Assembly: GCA_951406725.2 (NCBI GenBank)
Contig: OX597833.1
Coordinates: 58,962,001 to 59,026,000 of the forward strand
DNA length: 64,000 bases
From: Octopus vulgaris
Taxonomy: Eukaryota
Reading direction: 5' to 3'
Below, one piece after another: positions 51,912-64,000 of the stretch. Under the pieces are notes generated by a model. The model did not search any database. It worked only from the letters and a program-made list of their open reading frames with translations, and was not told where the DNA came from. Position 1 is the first letter of the stretch. Every line of letters begins with the position of its first letter. A program made the position numbers and the translations under genes.

Positions 51912-52126
51912 TATATATATTTTCATTCAAAAATGGAGATGAACACCATTCCTCCTTGTGATCAGCTTGAAAAATTAAGACATCAAGATATTTTTTTATA
52001 CATGAAACCAATGGTAGCCTTAATACTAAAAAAAAATAAATTTTATCCGCCAATGCGGTGTTAAACACTTATTCTCGTTCAGCAGTTACGTATTCATGTG
52101 TGTGTGTATAAGTGAGAGATAGCGAG

Positions 52127-52350
52127 AAGGCGCATGTATTAGTTGTTAGGATGTTGCGCTCACGATTACGAGATCGTGGGTTCGATTCTCAGACCGGTCG
52201 TTGCATTGTGTTCTTGGAGCAAAGCACTTCATTTCACATCGCTCTACGATCATTACGTCATCTGACATGTAGCAAACGGTACACCTGTACAGGTAATGTC
52301 GATTTGACGGAGGGAGTGTGTACAAACATTTGATCATTATAAACAAATCA
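52127..52350 (+). mobile_element. tRNA-headed SINE (C/D-like head, another 3' region)
   Basis: GGTTCGATTCTC B box followed by TTGTGTTCTTGGAGCAAAGCACTTCATTTCAC. Confidence 0.65.
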
Positions 52351-52404
52351 TCGCACACGCACACACACACATGACTAGCACGCACGCACGCACACACTTA
52401 CACG

Positions 52405-52438
<34 letters not shown>

Positions 52439-53728
52439 TATATGCATACACACACAGATATATATTTACACACACATACATACATAGATATATAAACATA
52501 TGCATATATATTTACACACACACACACACACAAATATATGCACATATATTTACACACACATACACAAATATATACACATATTTACACACACATACACAGA
52601 TATATACACATATATATTTACACACACATACACAAATATATACACATATATTTACACACACATACAGATATATACACATATTTACACACACAGATATATA
52701 CACATATTTACACACACATACACAGATATATACACATATGTATATATATTTACACACACACACAAATATATACACACATATTTACACACACGCATACACA
52801 GATATATTACATATACTTACACACACATACACAGATATATACACATACAGATATATACACTTATTTACACACACATACACATATATATATGTAGCATGTA
52901 TATAGTATGCATACAATATATATATATATATATATATTTATTAAAATGCACCAAATATACAATGTACGCACAAAAACATTTCAGCGTAAATGACTACCAA
53001 AACTGTCTTATTCCATAAAATCATCAGGTGTAGTTGGTGAATGGTTTCGAACCGACTACCACCCACCCCCTCTCTCCCCTTCTCCTCGCCCCCTTCTCTC
53101 TTTTCCGTTTCCTCGCCGTCCGCCATATTTGTTTACACGGACATTTTTTTCATGGAAAGTGAACAACTTCACTCTTAATCTCGATCGCGTTAGAAATATC
53201 GATTTTTTTTTTTTTTTTTTACTTTTTATTTATTTTTATTTATTTATTTTTTTTTTTTCACGTAAGAAAAAACAACAACAACAACAACAAAAACAAGAAC
53301 AATAACAAATGAAATGTTTTTTTTTTTATGGTCAACCGTTAAGTTGATTCGGAAAAATGATTCGCCATTCGAAAGAAAAGAGAAGAAAAGCTTTAATTAA
53401 AAAATAAAGACAGCTTTTTTTCAAAGAAGAAGAAAGAAAACGAACGATGATCTTCAATAATATTTGGTCTGTTTTGCGTATATATACACGTCGGTTATAT
53501 TTCCGTGTTTTATGTGTGTGTGTGTGTGTGTGTGTATTATAAGTCTATGTGTTAGGAGTATATTATGTATTGTGTGTGTATGTGCGCAAAACGTTATGCG
53601 TATTATCAGCTACGTACAGATTATGGATGTTACGAGTGTGCCTCTTAGATGTGTGCGTGTGTTTGTTACACGGATGTGTGTGTGCTTGCATATGTCTGTT
53701 ACTTTGTGTGTGTGTGTGTGTGTGTTTT

Positions 53729-54270
53729 TACGTACGTGTGTATGTGTGTCTTATGTGTGTATGCATATGTTTTACGTGTGTGTTGTGTATGTGTGTGTCT
53801 ATTTAGTGTATATGTATGTGTTTATTACATGGGTGTATATGTCTGTTACTTGTGTGTGTGTGTATATTACGTGTGTATGTGTGTGTGTGTGTGTGTTTAC
53901 GTACGTGTGTATGTGTGTCTTGTGTGTGTATGCATATGTTTTACGTGTGTGTTGTGTATGTGTGTGTCTATTTAGTGTATATGTATGTGTTTATTACATG
54001 GGTGTATATGTCTGTTACTTGTGTGTGTGTATATTACGTGTGTATGTGTGTGTGTGTGTGTGTGTTTACGTACGTGTGTATGTGTGTCTTGTGTGTGTAT
54101 GCATATGTTTTACGTGTGTGTTGTGTATGTGTGTGTCTATTTAGTGTGTATGTATGTGTTTATTACATGGGTGTATATGTCTGTTACTTGTGTGTGTGTG
54201 TATATTACGTGTGTATGTGTGTGTCATGTGTGTATGCGTATGCTTTACGTGTGTGTTGTGTATGTGTGTG
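53729..54270. repeat. 169-bp TG-rich tandem repeat x3
   Basis: TACGTACGTGTGTATGTGTGTCTT at ~53729, ~53898 and ~54067. Confidence 0.85.
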
Positions 54271-54364
54271 TCAGTGTCTGTATGTGTTTATTACATGTGT
54301 GTATATGTGTCTTTGAGTGTGTGTGTTTGTTAGATGTGTGCATATGTGTTCCAGGTTTTTTATA

Positions 54365-54440
<76 letters not shown>

Positions 54441-54939
54441 TGTGTATGTGTGTTTGTGTATGTGTTTGTGTGTGTTTATGTGTGTGTGTGTGTATAGGTG
54501 GTTGTTTGTTGTATTGAAAACCCAACTGTGTTCTAGTTTATTATCACCACCACCACCACTACCACCACCACCACCGAAGTGTTTCTCACATTCCTATGAT
54601 CTTCACTTTATCACGGTAAATTTCTGATATCCATCCTCAACATTTCTAGGCCTTCATGGTCTCATCTTCTGAATAAAGTGATGTTGGAGAATGTTGCTTT
54701 TTTCTTCCTTTACAACAACCAGGAGCCATTAATGTAGTTATTAACGCCGGAATCACATTATTTGAAAGCTTTATGCGTCATCAGTCAGTTGTTCATCATC
54801 AATGTATGTTATGTGTGTATTGCATAATTACAAACAATAAGTTCGTGAAGGATTAATGTACTGCAGGAGTTGCTGATGAAGGAGCTAAACCTCCTGAGAT
54901 ATGGCCTATATGCCTATGAGATATGGCCTATATGCCTAC

Positions 54940-55144
54940 GGGGCTTTCTCCGTCCGGGTTGCGGATCCGTGGAATAAGCTGCCGGACGAGATAGTGAAGA
55001 TGCCGACGACCGCTCGGTTCAAAGTCTCCCTTGACCACAAGTGGTCTGAACTCTTTACATGAACACCACCCTGTACATAACTCCATGTCCCCCTACATGG
55101 CCTTGCTTTTTGCTTTTTGAGACAAAAAATTAACTAACTAACTA
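54940..55144 (+). mobile_element. Second CR1-type LINE, 3' fragment with (TAAC)n tail
   Basis: GAFSVRVADPWNKLPDEIVKMPTTARFKVSLDHKWSELFT* (stop at 55060-55062) matches the CR1 C-terminal FS.RV..WN.LP..FK..LD motif. Confidence 0.85.
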
Positions 55145-55409
55145 CCTATTTTTCTATCTTCGATCTCACTGTTGTTTACATTAGGCGTATTCGAATACGA
55201 AACTTAAATCAGTGCTGGCTCTAATTTCTATGGAAAACCTTTAGAGATAACCTGAATATAGTTAATAGCACTGCTAACACAGTAGAACGCAGAATTGACT
55301 TGTAAAAGCGTTTAATATACTTTATAGCATATCATGGTTGCGTAACGAAATATGGTGTTCCTACAAGTCAATTTATTTTAGTATTATTCTGTGGTATGGT
55401 TATGGGTTT

Positions 55410-55922
55410 CAAATTTTGGCAAATAGCCTGCAATTTCGGGGAACGGGGAAATCGATTATATCGGCCCCAATTCTCAGCTGGTACTTATTTTATCGAACCG
55501 AAAAGAATGAAAGGCAAAGAGGACCTTTGCAGTATTTCAACGTAAAGAAAGACGAAACATCGGTAAGCAATTCGCCCGGTGTGCTAACGATTCTGCCTTA
55601 TAGAAAAATAGTAATGATGATTTCAAATTTTAGGCACAAAGCCAGCAATTTTGAGCGAGCGGGTAAGTTGATTACATCGACCCCAGTGCTTAACTGGTAT
55701 TTTATCGATCCTGAAAGGATGAAAGACAAAATCGACCTCGGCGGAATCTGAACTCAGAACATAAAAACAGACAGGAGTGGCTTCCCAACCACATGGTTCC
55801 GGGTTCAGTCCCACTGCGTGACACCTTGGGCAAGTGTCTTCTACTATAGCCTCGGGCCGACCAAAGCCTTGTGAGTTTGGATTTGATAAACAGAAACTGA
55901 AAGCCCGTCGTATATATATATG

Positions 55923-55986
<64 letters not shown>

Positions 55987-56250
55987 TATGTTTGTGTGTC
56001 TGTGTTTGTCCCCCTAACATCGCTTGACAACAGATACTGGTGTGTTTGAGTCTCCATGATTTAGCAGTTCGGCCAAAGAGACCGATAGAATAAGTACTAG
56101 GCTTACAAAGAATAAGTCCCGGGTGTCGATTTGCTCAACTAAAAGGCGGTGCTCCAGCATGGCCACAGTCAAATGACTGAAACAAGTAAAAGAGTAAAGA
56201 GAGAGTAAGTATTTTACCCGGTGTGCTAACGTTTCTGCCACCTCGCCGTC
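55410..56250. mobile_element. SINE B dimer (minus) interrupted by SINE A (plus, 55773-56205)
   Basis: B body up to ~55770, then the A copy, then the B head remainder taagtattttacccggtgtgctaacgtttctgcc. Confidence 0.82.
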
Positions 56251-56379
56251 TTTTTGTGGTATTGATTGCGTAATTATATTGGTTGTGTCTATTTTAAGAT
56301 CATGGTTTAATAGTCCGAGTGGTGTGCATAAAATCGCGAGATCGTTGTTTCTAAACCAGCCATTCCTGTTCCTAGATTA

Positions 56380-56754
56380 TCTCTCTCTATATAAACGGCA
56401 GTTTGTCTGTGCGTGTTTCTGTGTGTCTGTTTTCTCGTACCCTCACCCTGACCACGGCTTTCAACCGATTCTGATGAAACTCTGACACACACATAGCCCA
56501 ATGTCATAATTCAAAACTAACGCAGCGAAAATTTTGAAAAGTTCCCCCAGTTCTGAAAATAATCGATAAATTCGACATGGGGTCGAGAATCAAAAAAAAT
56601 AAACCACAGACTGTCTAGGGGACGCAACTCAACCTTTTTTTACTCTAAAAAAAAAATTTACCATCATTTTTTTTCTATTTTTTTGCTATTTTTTGGCTAT
56701 AACTCTCTAAAAATGCTTTATAGTTATTTCCCTTACAAACCTGAGCAACGCCGG
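56380..56754 (+). mobile_element. Non-autonomous Helitron, 3' end incomplete
   Basis: 5' TC(TC)nTATATAAA..GTTTGTCTGTG start; 3' CCTGAGCAACGCCGG hairpin shared with 59531-59546. Confidence 0.7.
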
Positions 56755-59166
56755 CCATTCCTGTTCCTAGATTATTTAGATAATATAGTAAATAAAAGTG
56801 TTCTCCTTGCGTAGTTGTAAGATATATAAAACTGCATGATCTCTAGTATGTTCTTTTATAATTTTAGATAATGATACGATATGAGAGCTGTTTCGGCGGG
56901 TTAAGTGTCTGCGCCGAGGTTTTCTCTTGTTGGTAGAAATACGCTGTTGTTTACTTTCTGTTGCTGTACAGCCTAGATCGGTCCAGATAGAACAAACCTA
57001 TGATATAAAAGCGTCCCACTTGTGACCAGCCCGACTTTTCTTTATCATGAATTAAGCCATCCAAAACATCCTTTATTTAAGGTGTTAGGTTAGGATGTGA
57101 GGAAGGCATGACTGCTATATCTAGCAGACAAGTGACTGTAGATGATCCCCTACTGAACATCAAGATTATTTTATATACATGTCGGTGGGGGAGAAGTGTT
57201 GCAAAGAAACGATACAGCAAACAAAGCAGACGAGAATCTCTCTCTCTCCCTCTCTCTCTCTATTTGCCTATTTTCTGCTTATTTTTATTTTAGAAAGGAC
57301 CCTTTGATACTGAACGTGTAAAACAAAACTGCGAATTAAAATTTCAAATTCATTGCTCCATATGAATAAATGCGAATTTCTGTGAATAACTTTCTAGCTT
57401 ATTAACTCAGACCCCTCGGGATCTGTCCTCACAGATGGCATATATTTCCGATCAGGGTAACTCCGGGGATGTTGCTATTCTATTTTAATTCACCATCTGC
57501 GGCGCAGATTCGAACCACCGTATACCAACTATAGTTTTTACGCCGAGCAAAATTCGAACAAAGAAACATAACAAACCTTTTTACGATAAGCTTAAGATCC
57601 GAAATTTCGTAAGTAAGGGCGAGTTGATTACATTGACCCCCAGCAGAAGTTACTTTTACCAAATGCCATGCAGCAGAATTGAATCCATTTTCCAAATTTT
57701 ACGATCTTGGTTTAGGACGAAGGCTCACCAGCCCTCCACAATAGCTAGACTAAGCGATCGTTCGGGAAATGGTTCTTTGGCTAAACTGAATATTTGGCCG
57801 TCTCCCTTCTCAGCAAAAAACACCTTCCCCAATTAACCATTACCCCATATCACTTCTTTCACAAACCTCATTCTCTGAAAAGGAATGACATAGAAAACGA
57901 GTGGGTGGGGAGAGAAAGGGATAGAGAAAGAATGTATCGAAGTGGACACACAGACAGACATCTCGACTGTGCCTGTCTGAAGTCGAACGCCAACTGAAAA
58001 AAAAAACGTTTATAGAACAACAGAATATCCAAACTTCTCACCAATTGGGAGGTGGGGTCAACAGATCGACTGCGAACCGTTCTTTTCTGTTGAATAAAAG
58101 ACAAAAATGAAACTTACTTTGAATTCATCTGATTGGATGGCGCTGTTGGTTTTCCAGGTCTCGTTTGAAGATATTTTTAAGATAATTTAAAACATCGTTT
58201 GGCACTGTGTGATTTTCGAATCTATTAAAATATTTGTTGATTCAATGCCTCAAATTAGCGTCGAATGAAACGTTGAATATCAAGCAGATCTGATTAGATG
58301 AATTGTATCTGTCTTCATGCAAATGGCTGCTAAAAATAAGAAAACGAATTTTACTGCTGATCCATCAAATTATTTGATTGGGTTGGCTGTTTCGACACGC
58401 TGCTACTGCTGTTTGTATTTTCTTCTTTCTCCTCCGGTTTTAAATACAGACAGACAATATATTATCAGCGCCCATCTACTTCATTATGTGTTCCTTCCCT
58501 TGCCACCTCTTTACCTCCTCATAATTCTTCCTATGTTCCGCTAACTTCACTTTTGAAAGCATCTTTTAGATATCAAAATTTAGGAGAAAAAAATAGTATT
58601 ATTAATTTGGAGATTTAAATTTCTTTCAATTCCAGACCAACAAAAAAAAGAAAAGAAAAAGAGATTTAAATAGTTATTTCATAAATTCTAGTTTTTAGTA
58701 TGTATGTATGTACGTATGCATATATGAATACATGAACGTATATATATGCGTATATATTTGTGTGTGTACATGATGTATGTATGAATGTACTTTTATGTGA
58801 ATAGATATGACATACTGATGTCGGAAAAACCGCTTTAGTTTCATATTTGGAATCGTCTTCAGTGAATCAACTTCTGAGATCAAAGCACGGTTTAATCAAT
58901 GATGCATTTCTTTTCCATCATTTTAGAAATGCCAGAAATGTGTTGGGATTGCTTAAACCAAAACTACCCGTATATAACCTAGAGCATCCTCGTCTAATTT
59001 TCAAGTTCATTGTCAATCGTAAACAGTGCCTAAACTTTCTTGGTGAACATGATTAAGATCGCGACTGTACAGTCAGACACAAAACACACATTAATTATAT
59101 TAGCCAGGAAATTATCAGTAAGTCTGAAATAAGACAATACTCAATATAAGTAATAACATCTGTATA

Positions 59167-59558
59167 TCTCTATATATACAAAGCTGAAGTTGTCTATGTA
59201 TGGCAGGTTTGGCAGCCTTCAACTAACACTATCTCCTCCGAGACCCTGCGACGCAAGTTGACCAAAATTGAGAGTATGATAGAAGGCTTGCTCTTCATTC
59301 TGTAGAAGATAAAATTCAAATCGGACCATGTTAACACCAAAAATTATTTACATCAAACAGGTGCTTTTTTTTTTCTATGAAAATCCCTATTTTTTACGAT
59401 TTTTTTACTGCTGTGTTGCCATTTTTCTGTGTATTTCAACCAGAAAAATGTTCACTTAAAGAAAATAACAAGCTATATAATGCAAAATTCTTACTTTTCA
59501 AAAATTCCAATTCTAAAAGGTCGAAACATACCCGAGCAACGCCGGGCGATACTGCTAG
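59167..59558 (+). mobile_element. Non-autonomous Helitron
   Basis: A|TC 5' end (TCTCTATATATACAAAG..TTGTCT); 3' hairpin CCCGAGC-aac-GCCGGG followed by CTAG. Confidence 0.8.
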
Positions 59559-59725
59559 ATTTTATATAAAGCTCAATAATGTACTACAGTTGACAGTATA
59601 CAACAGGTCACAATGTTATCGTCGGTTTGGGTTGAATGTTACACAATAAGTAATATTCAACGAGAATACCGACGATAGTATCCACCACCCCCTGCTACAT
59701 GTCGTAACTGTAGTATAAAGCTTGA

Positions 59726-59759
<34 letters not shown>

Positions 59760-59841
59760 GCACGCACACACATATATCGTATTTTACAAACAAGAAGGTA
59801 ATCGGTTATTTGAGCTTTATTAGACGGGAAAAGTTGTAAGC

Positions 59842-59912
59842 TGACAGCCACGGGACTCGAACCCGCACCCCTCAGATAACGGCTGAGTATTTTACCATTA
59901 ATCTAGACGGTC
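59842..59912 (-). pseudogene. tRNA-like sequence (GTT/Asn-like anticodon), pseudogene or SINE head
   Basis: GACCGTC TA GATTAATGGTAAAATA CTCAG-CCGTTAT-CTGAG GGGT GCGGG-TTCGAGT-CCCGT GGCTGTC A; acceptor mismatch and C33 in place of U33. Confidence 0.65.
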
Positions 59913-59921
59913 TGCTGACAA

Positions 59922-60174
59922 CAATCTCCGTCGAATTAAACGCTAAATATTATAGTTTTTGAAATGCAACAATATTTTGGAAACAAATTTTGGAAGCGTC
60001 GAATGTGCTTCGCATTTTACAGACAAAACGTAATATTTCAAACGCAGTATGGCCAAGAAAACAGCAGAAATATTGGATATTTTACAGTTATAAGACGGAA
60101 AAAAGTTGCCAGCAGACAAAATGTTGTAACATTCCAAAAGCTATAATATCTAGCGTTTAATTTGACGGAGATTG
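59922..60174. mobile_element. MITE with ~58-bp imperfect TIRs
   Basis: CAATCTCCGTCGAATTAAACGCTA... / ...TAGCGTTTAATTTGACGGAGATTG; the inverted match extends inward. Confidence 0.8.
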
Positions 60175-60573
60175 CTTAATGAAGCTCTGAGATCCGTACC
60201 CGACGTTTCCAGACCTTCACAGTCTCATCACCAAGAACTGAATTGAATATCTTAAGCGCTTGTGTTGTTTCTTATATTGAAACTGCACAACCGTACACTG
60301 TTGCCAACACGGTTATCGACCGTCAGCAATGTATCTCAGTAGTGACATGTGGATTTGCTCGCAATGTATGTATATATATGTGTGTGTGTGTGTGCATACA
60401 TATATACATATACATATAATTACATGTATGTATACACACACACACACATATATATACATATATATATTTATTTTATAGAAGGAGCTTATAAAATACTCTG
60501 CAATAAATTAATTTACTCTGCTATGTATTGAGTACCTTATTTACTGTGGTTAACCCCGACTCAACCCGGGACC

Positions 60574-60619
<46 letters not shown>

Positions 60620-60669
60620 CACACACACATACACACGCACACGATATACATATATTTCTGAGCCACTGT

Positions 60670-60842
60670 GTTCGGAGTTCAAATTCCGCCGAGGTCGACT
60701 TTGCCTTTCATCCTTTCGAGGTCGATAAATTAAGTACCAGTTACGCACTGGGGTCGGTATAATCGACTTAATCCGTTTGTCTGTCTTTGTTTGTCCCCTC
60801 TGTGTTTGACCCCTTGTGGGTAGTAAAGAAAAAAAAAGAAAT
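60670..60842 (+). mobile_element. SINE family B, 5'-truncated
   Basis: gagttcaaattccgccgaggtcgactttgcctttcatcc...cccttgtgggtagtaaagaa. Confidence 0.87.
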
Positions 60843-62061
60843 ATATATATATATAGACACACACACATACGTATACATACACACGATATACATATATTTC
60901 GGAGATCTACTTGCCTGACAAATAATTTGAATGTGTGTGCGTGAGTGAGTGAGTGGAATGTGCGTGTGTGTATACGATAAATACACATACACACACACAT
61001 ATATATAGAAAAAGAGAGAAAAATATATAGAGAAAAATAAATGCCATAAAAATTCAACTGGATTGAGTCATTCACGATACTGTTCATTTCAAGATACCTC
61101 CAATCGTTGGTCTCTTTCGCAAATGTGCGTGTGAGTGCGCGTGCGTGTACGCGTGTAGTATTCCAACGAGTTCAAATCGAAGACCTCTTACTGCGCCATT
61201 CATTGATAAGTTTTCTTTTCGATTAGAGAAAAAAAAAATAAGAAGAATATTAGACTTTTTAATATAATTTTTGCTGTCGATATTTTCGTTTTTAGGCATT
61301 GCCAATTCTCAGAGATATCTCGGGAAAGGAAAAAAAAAAAAACGTTTCCATCTGTTGTGTTCCGTAGATTGGAATATTTATTTTCTAATAATAATAAGCT
61401 GGATTCTTTTGCTAATATATTAAACGGTAATATAAGCAAAACAAGCAGGAAATATATAGAGAGAAAGCATAGTTAAAACTAGAAAGTGAACCAATATCTT
61501 CGGTCTGTCACAACTAAATGCCAGAGAGAGAGTAGTTTGTCAGTCTGAGATTTCATACAACAACCGAACAAATACGGGGAATTCAACAAAGAAATTATAT
61601 TAAAAAATGTCTAAGTGAATTCGCTCTCAACGATACGTTGTCATCTATTTGATCTGAGCTAATTTTTTTCCATCGAGTAGAGTCAACCCCAAAACACATT
61701 ATACACACATCTATATACACATACATACACGTATGCGTACACATCTGCATACACACACTCTCACATAGCTTGCTCGACGTTAGAATTGTATGGCGTTTAC
61801 TTATATAAGAATATAATAATATACATCATTTTATTGTATGAAAAACGAATGACAGACATTTTGTAGATAAAATCTATTAACGAGTTGACATCAGAGGAAA
61901 TATTAGCATTTGTCATTTTTCTGCCATTTTGTTTGTACTTAAAGAGAAAAACATTATTTACGTTACATTGTAACAGATTTAAACACACAGATATATAATA
62001 TGTAAATATACATATATATATATATATATATATGCGTGCATAATTAATGCATCTATCTATA

Positions 62062-62118
<57 letters not shown>

Positions 62119-62825
62119 GTTTGTCAATCTATTTGTCTGTCTGTCTGTCTAGTTATCTATCTATTTGTCAATCTCTTACTCTCCATCTGTGTGTGTAAGT
62201 GTGTGTGTGTATGTGTGTATGTAGTAACATCTTTTCGAGCGTGTGTGCACGCACACATGTGTAAAGATATATATATATATATATATATAAATATATATAT
62301 GTATTTATGTATGTATGTATGTATATATATATATGTGTGTGTGTATGTATATATATATATATATAAGCACGGATGCGCCCACACATAATATAGTTACATG
62401 AATTGCATATGTTATTGTCTCTCCAAATTGTATTGCGTCTACTTACACTTGGCGGCGTCCAACGTCTGTCCAATCGTTTCAAAACCGATCGAAATTAATC
62501 AACTGTTTTCTCAGAAGAGACCAATGCCAAACCAATAGACATGTTGTTTATTCTTATATTAAGTTCAAATTCCGCTAAGTCTTGTGCCTATAGAAGAAAG
62601 GGTCGTCGTCGTCGTCGACGACGAACGACGAGTTAAGTTCTCAACTCTCTCTGTCTTACTAACTCTGGTTGATTCAGTGAGGACGGACAGCAACTTGCTG
62701 TCAGAGGTTACACAGGGTCGCTTTCTGAAATTATATAACTTGGTACTTGGATGTTAACTATCGTGGAAGATAGTAGTAGTAGTAGTAGTACTAGTAGGAG
62801 GAGGAGGAGGAGGAGGAGGAGTAGT

Positions 62826-63232
62826 ACCCACAAGGGGCTTAACACAGAGAGGACAAACAAGGGCAGACAAACGTATTAAGTCGATTATATCGACACCAGT
62901 GCGTAACTGGTACTTATTTAATCGACCCCGAATGGATGAAAGGCAAAGTCGACCTCGGCGGAATTTGAACTCAGAACGTAACGGCAGACGAAATACCTAT
63001 TTCTTTACTACCCACAAGAGGCTAAATACAGAGAGGGCAAACAAGGACAGACAAACGTATCAAGTCGATTATATCGACACCAGTGCGTAACTGGTACTTA
63101 TTTAATCGACCCCGAAAGGATGAAAGGCAAAGTCGACCTCGGCGGAATTTGAACTCAGAACGTAGCGACAGACGAAATACTGCTAAGCATTTCACCCGGC
63201 GCGTGCTAACGGTTCTGCCAGCACGCCGCCTT
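62826..63232 (-). mobile_element. SINE family B dimer
   Basis: Two consecutive reverse-complement units. Confidence 0.88.
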
Positions 63233-63534
63233 TCGCTGCCTTAATAATAAAAATTATAATCATCTCAAAATGAATTGTACGATGTAGTTTCGATTCGCAG
63301 CTGGAACCTCTCACTTTTGTTGTAAATTTATACATTTTGAAAAAGACATAGATCTTACAATTTCACCCTTTGTCAGCACTCAAAATTTTCATGCCCCACA
63401 ATAAAAGAAATTTATAATAAAGATATTACCCTTCTTCTTCTTATTTCTTTTCATCTCCCTTACGTCATTCCTTTCAAGTAGCTTTAGTTCTTCCTTATAT
63501 GCGAAACAGATTCGAAGCAAACAGTAATAATAAC

Positions 63535-63579
<45 letters not shown>

Positions 63580-63809
63580 TATCATGCACATATATCTTCG
63601 ATATACAGTTGCACTGAGGAGCATTTGGCAATCAAAGAATGTGTTTCTTAAATCGATGCCAGATCTCGGCAGTCGGTTCCGTGTTCTCTTTGATCAAACA
63701 TTGATTTACCAACAAAGGCCAACAGAGTTTCGCTCTGACCAATTACATACGTAAAACTCTCTTAACTTCATTGCTAGTCATGACTTCCGCCATGCTGTGC
63801 ATATGTGTC

Positions 63810-63851
<42 letters not shown>

Positions 63852-63887
63852 TGCGTATATATATATATATATATATACATATATGCG

Positions 63888-63933
<46 letters not shown>

Positions 63934-63937
63934 TGCG

Positions 63938-63977
<40 letters not shown>

Positions 63978-64000
63978 TATACATATATATCTATATATAT

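Overview
Repeat-saturated eukaryotic DNA. The extreme (TA)n/(CA)n microsatellite load and the tRNA-headed SINE set suggest a coleoid cephalopod, probably Octopus; this is inference. No host protein-coding exon is convincingly supported, so the window looks intronic or intergenic. It contains one uninterrupted, 5'-truncated CR1-group LINE ORF2 (minus, ~707-3726). Decayed coding fragments come from a Neptune-type Penelope-like element (PLE), an R4/Dong-type non-LTR element, a second CR1 and a mariner. There are >40 SINE copies of several modular families, MITEs, two non-autonomous Helitrons and several minisatellites, two of them derived from interspersed repeats. The main findings are: (1) a U6 snRNA copy fused at its oligo-U end to a CR1-type 3' recognition tail; (2) that structured tail shared, with compensatory changes, by the LINE, the dominant SINE and the U6 chimera; (3) minimal hammerhead-ribozyme motifs, one inside a tRNA-headed SINE-like element and one in the PLE terminal-repeat region; (4) inverted SINE pairs homogenised with each other. 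Nearly all short ORFs in the track are microsatellite or SINE artefacts. Coordinates were read by eye, and repeat ends may be off by a few bases.
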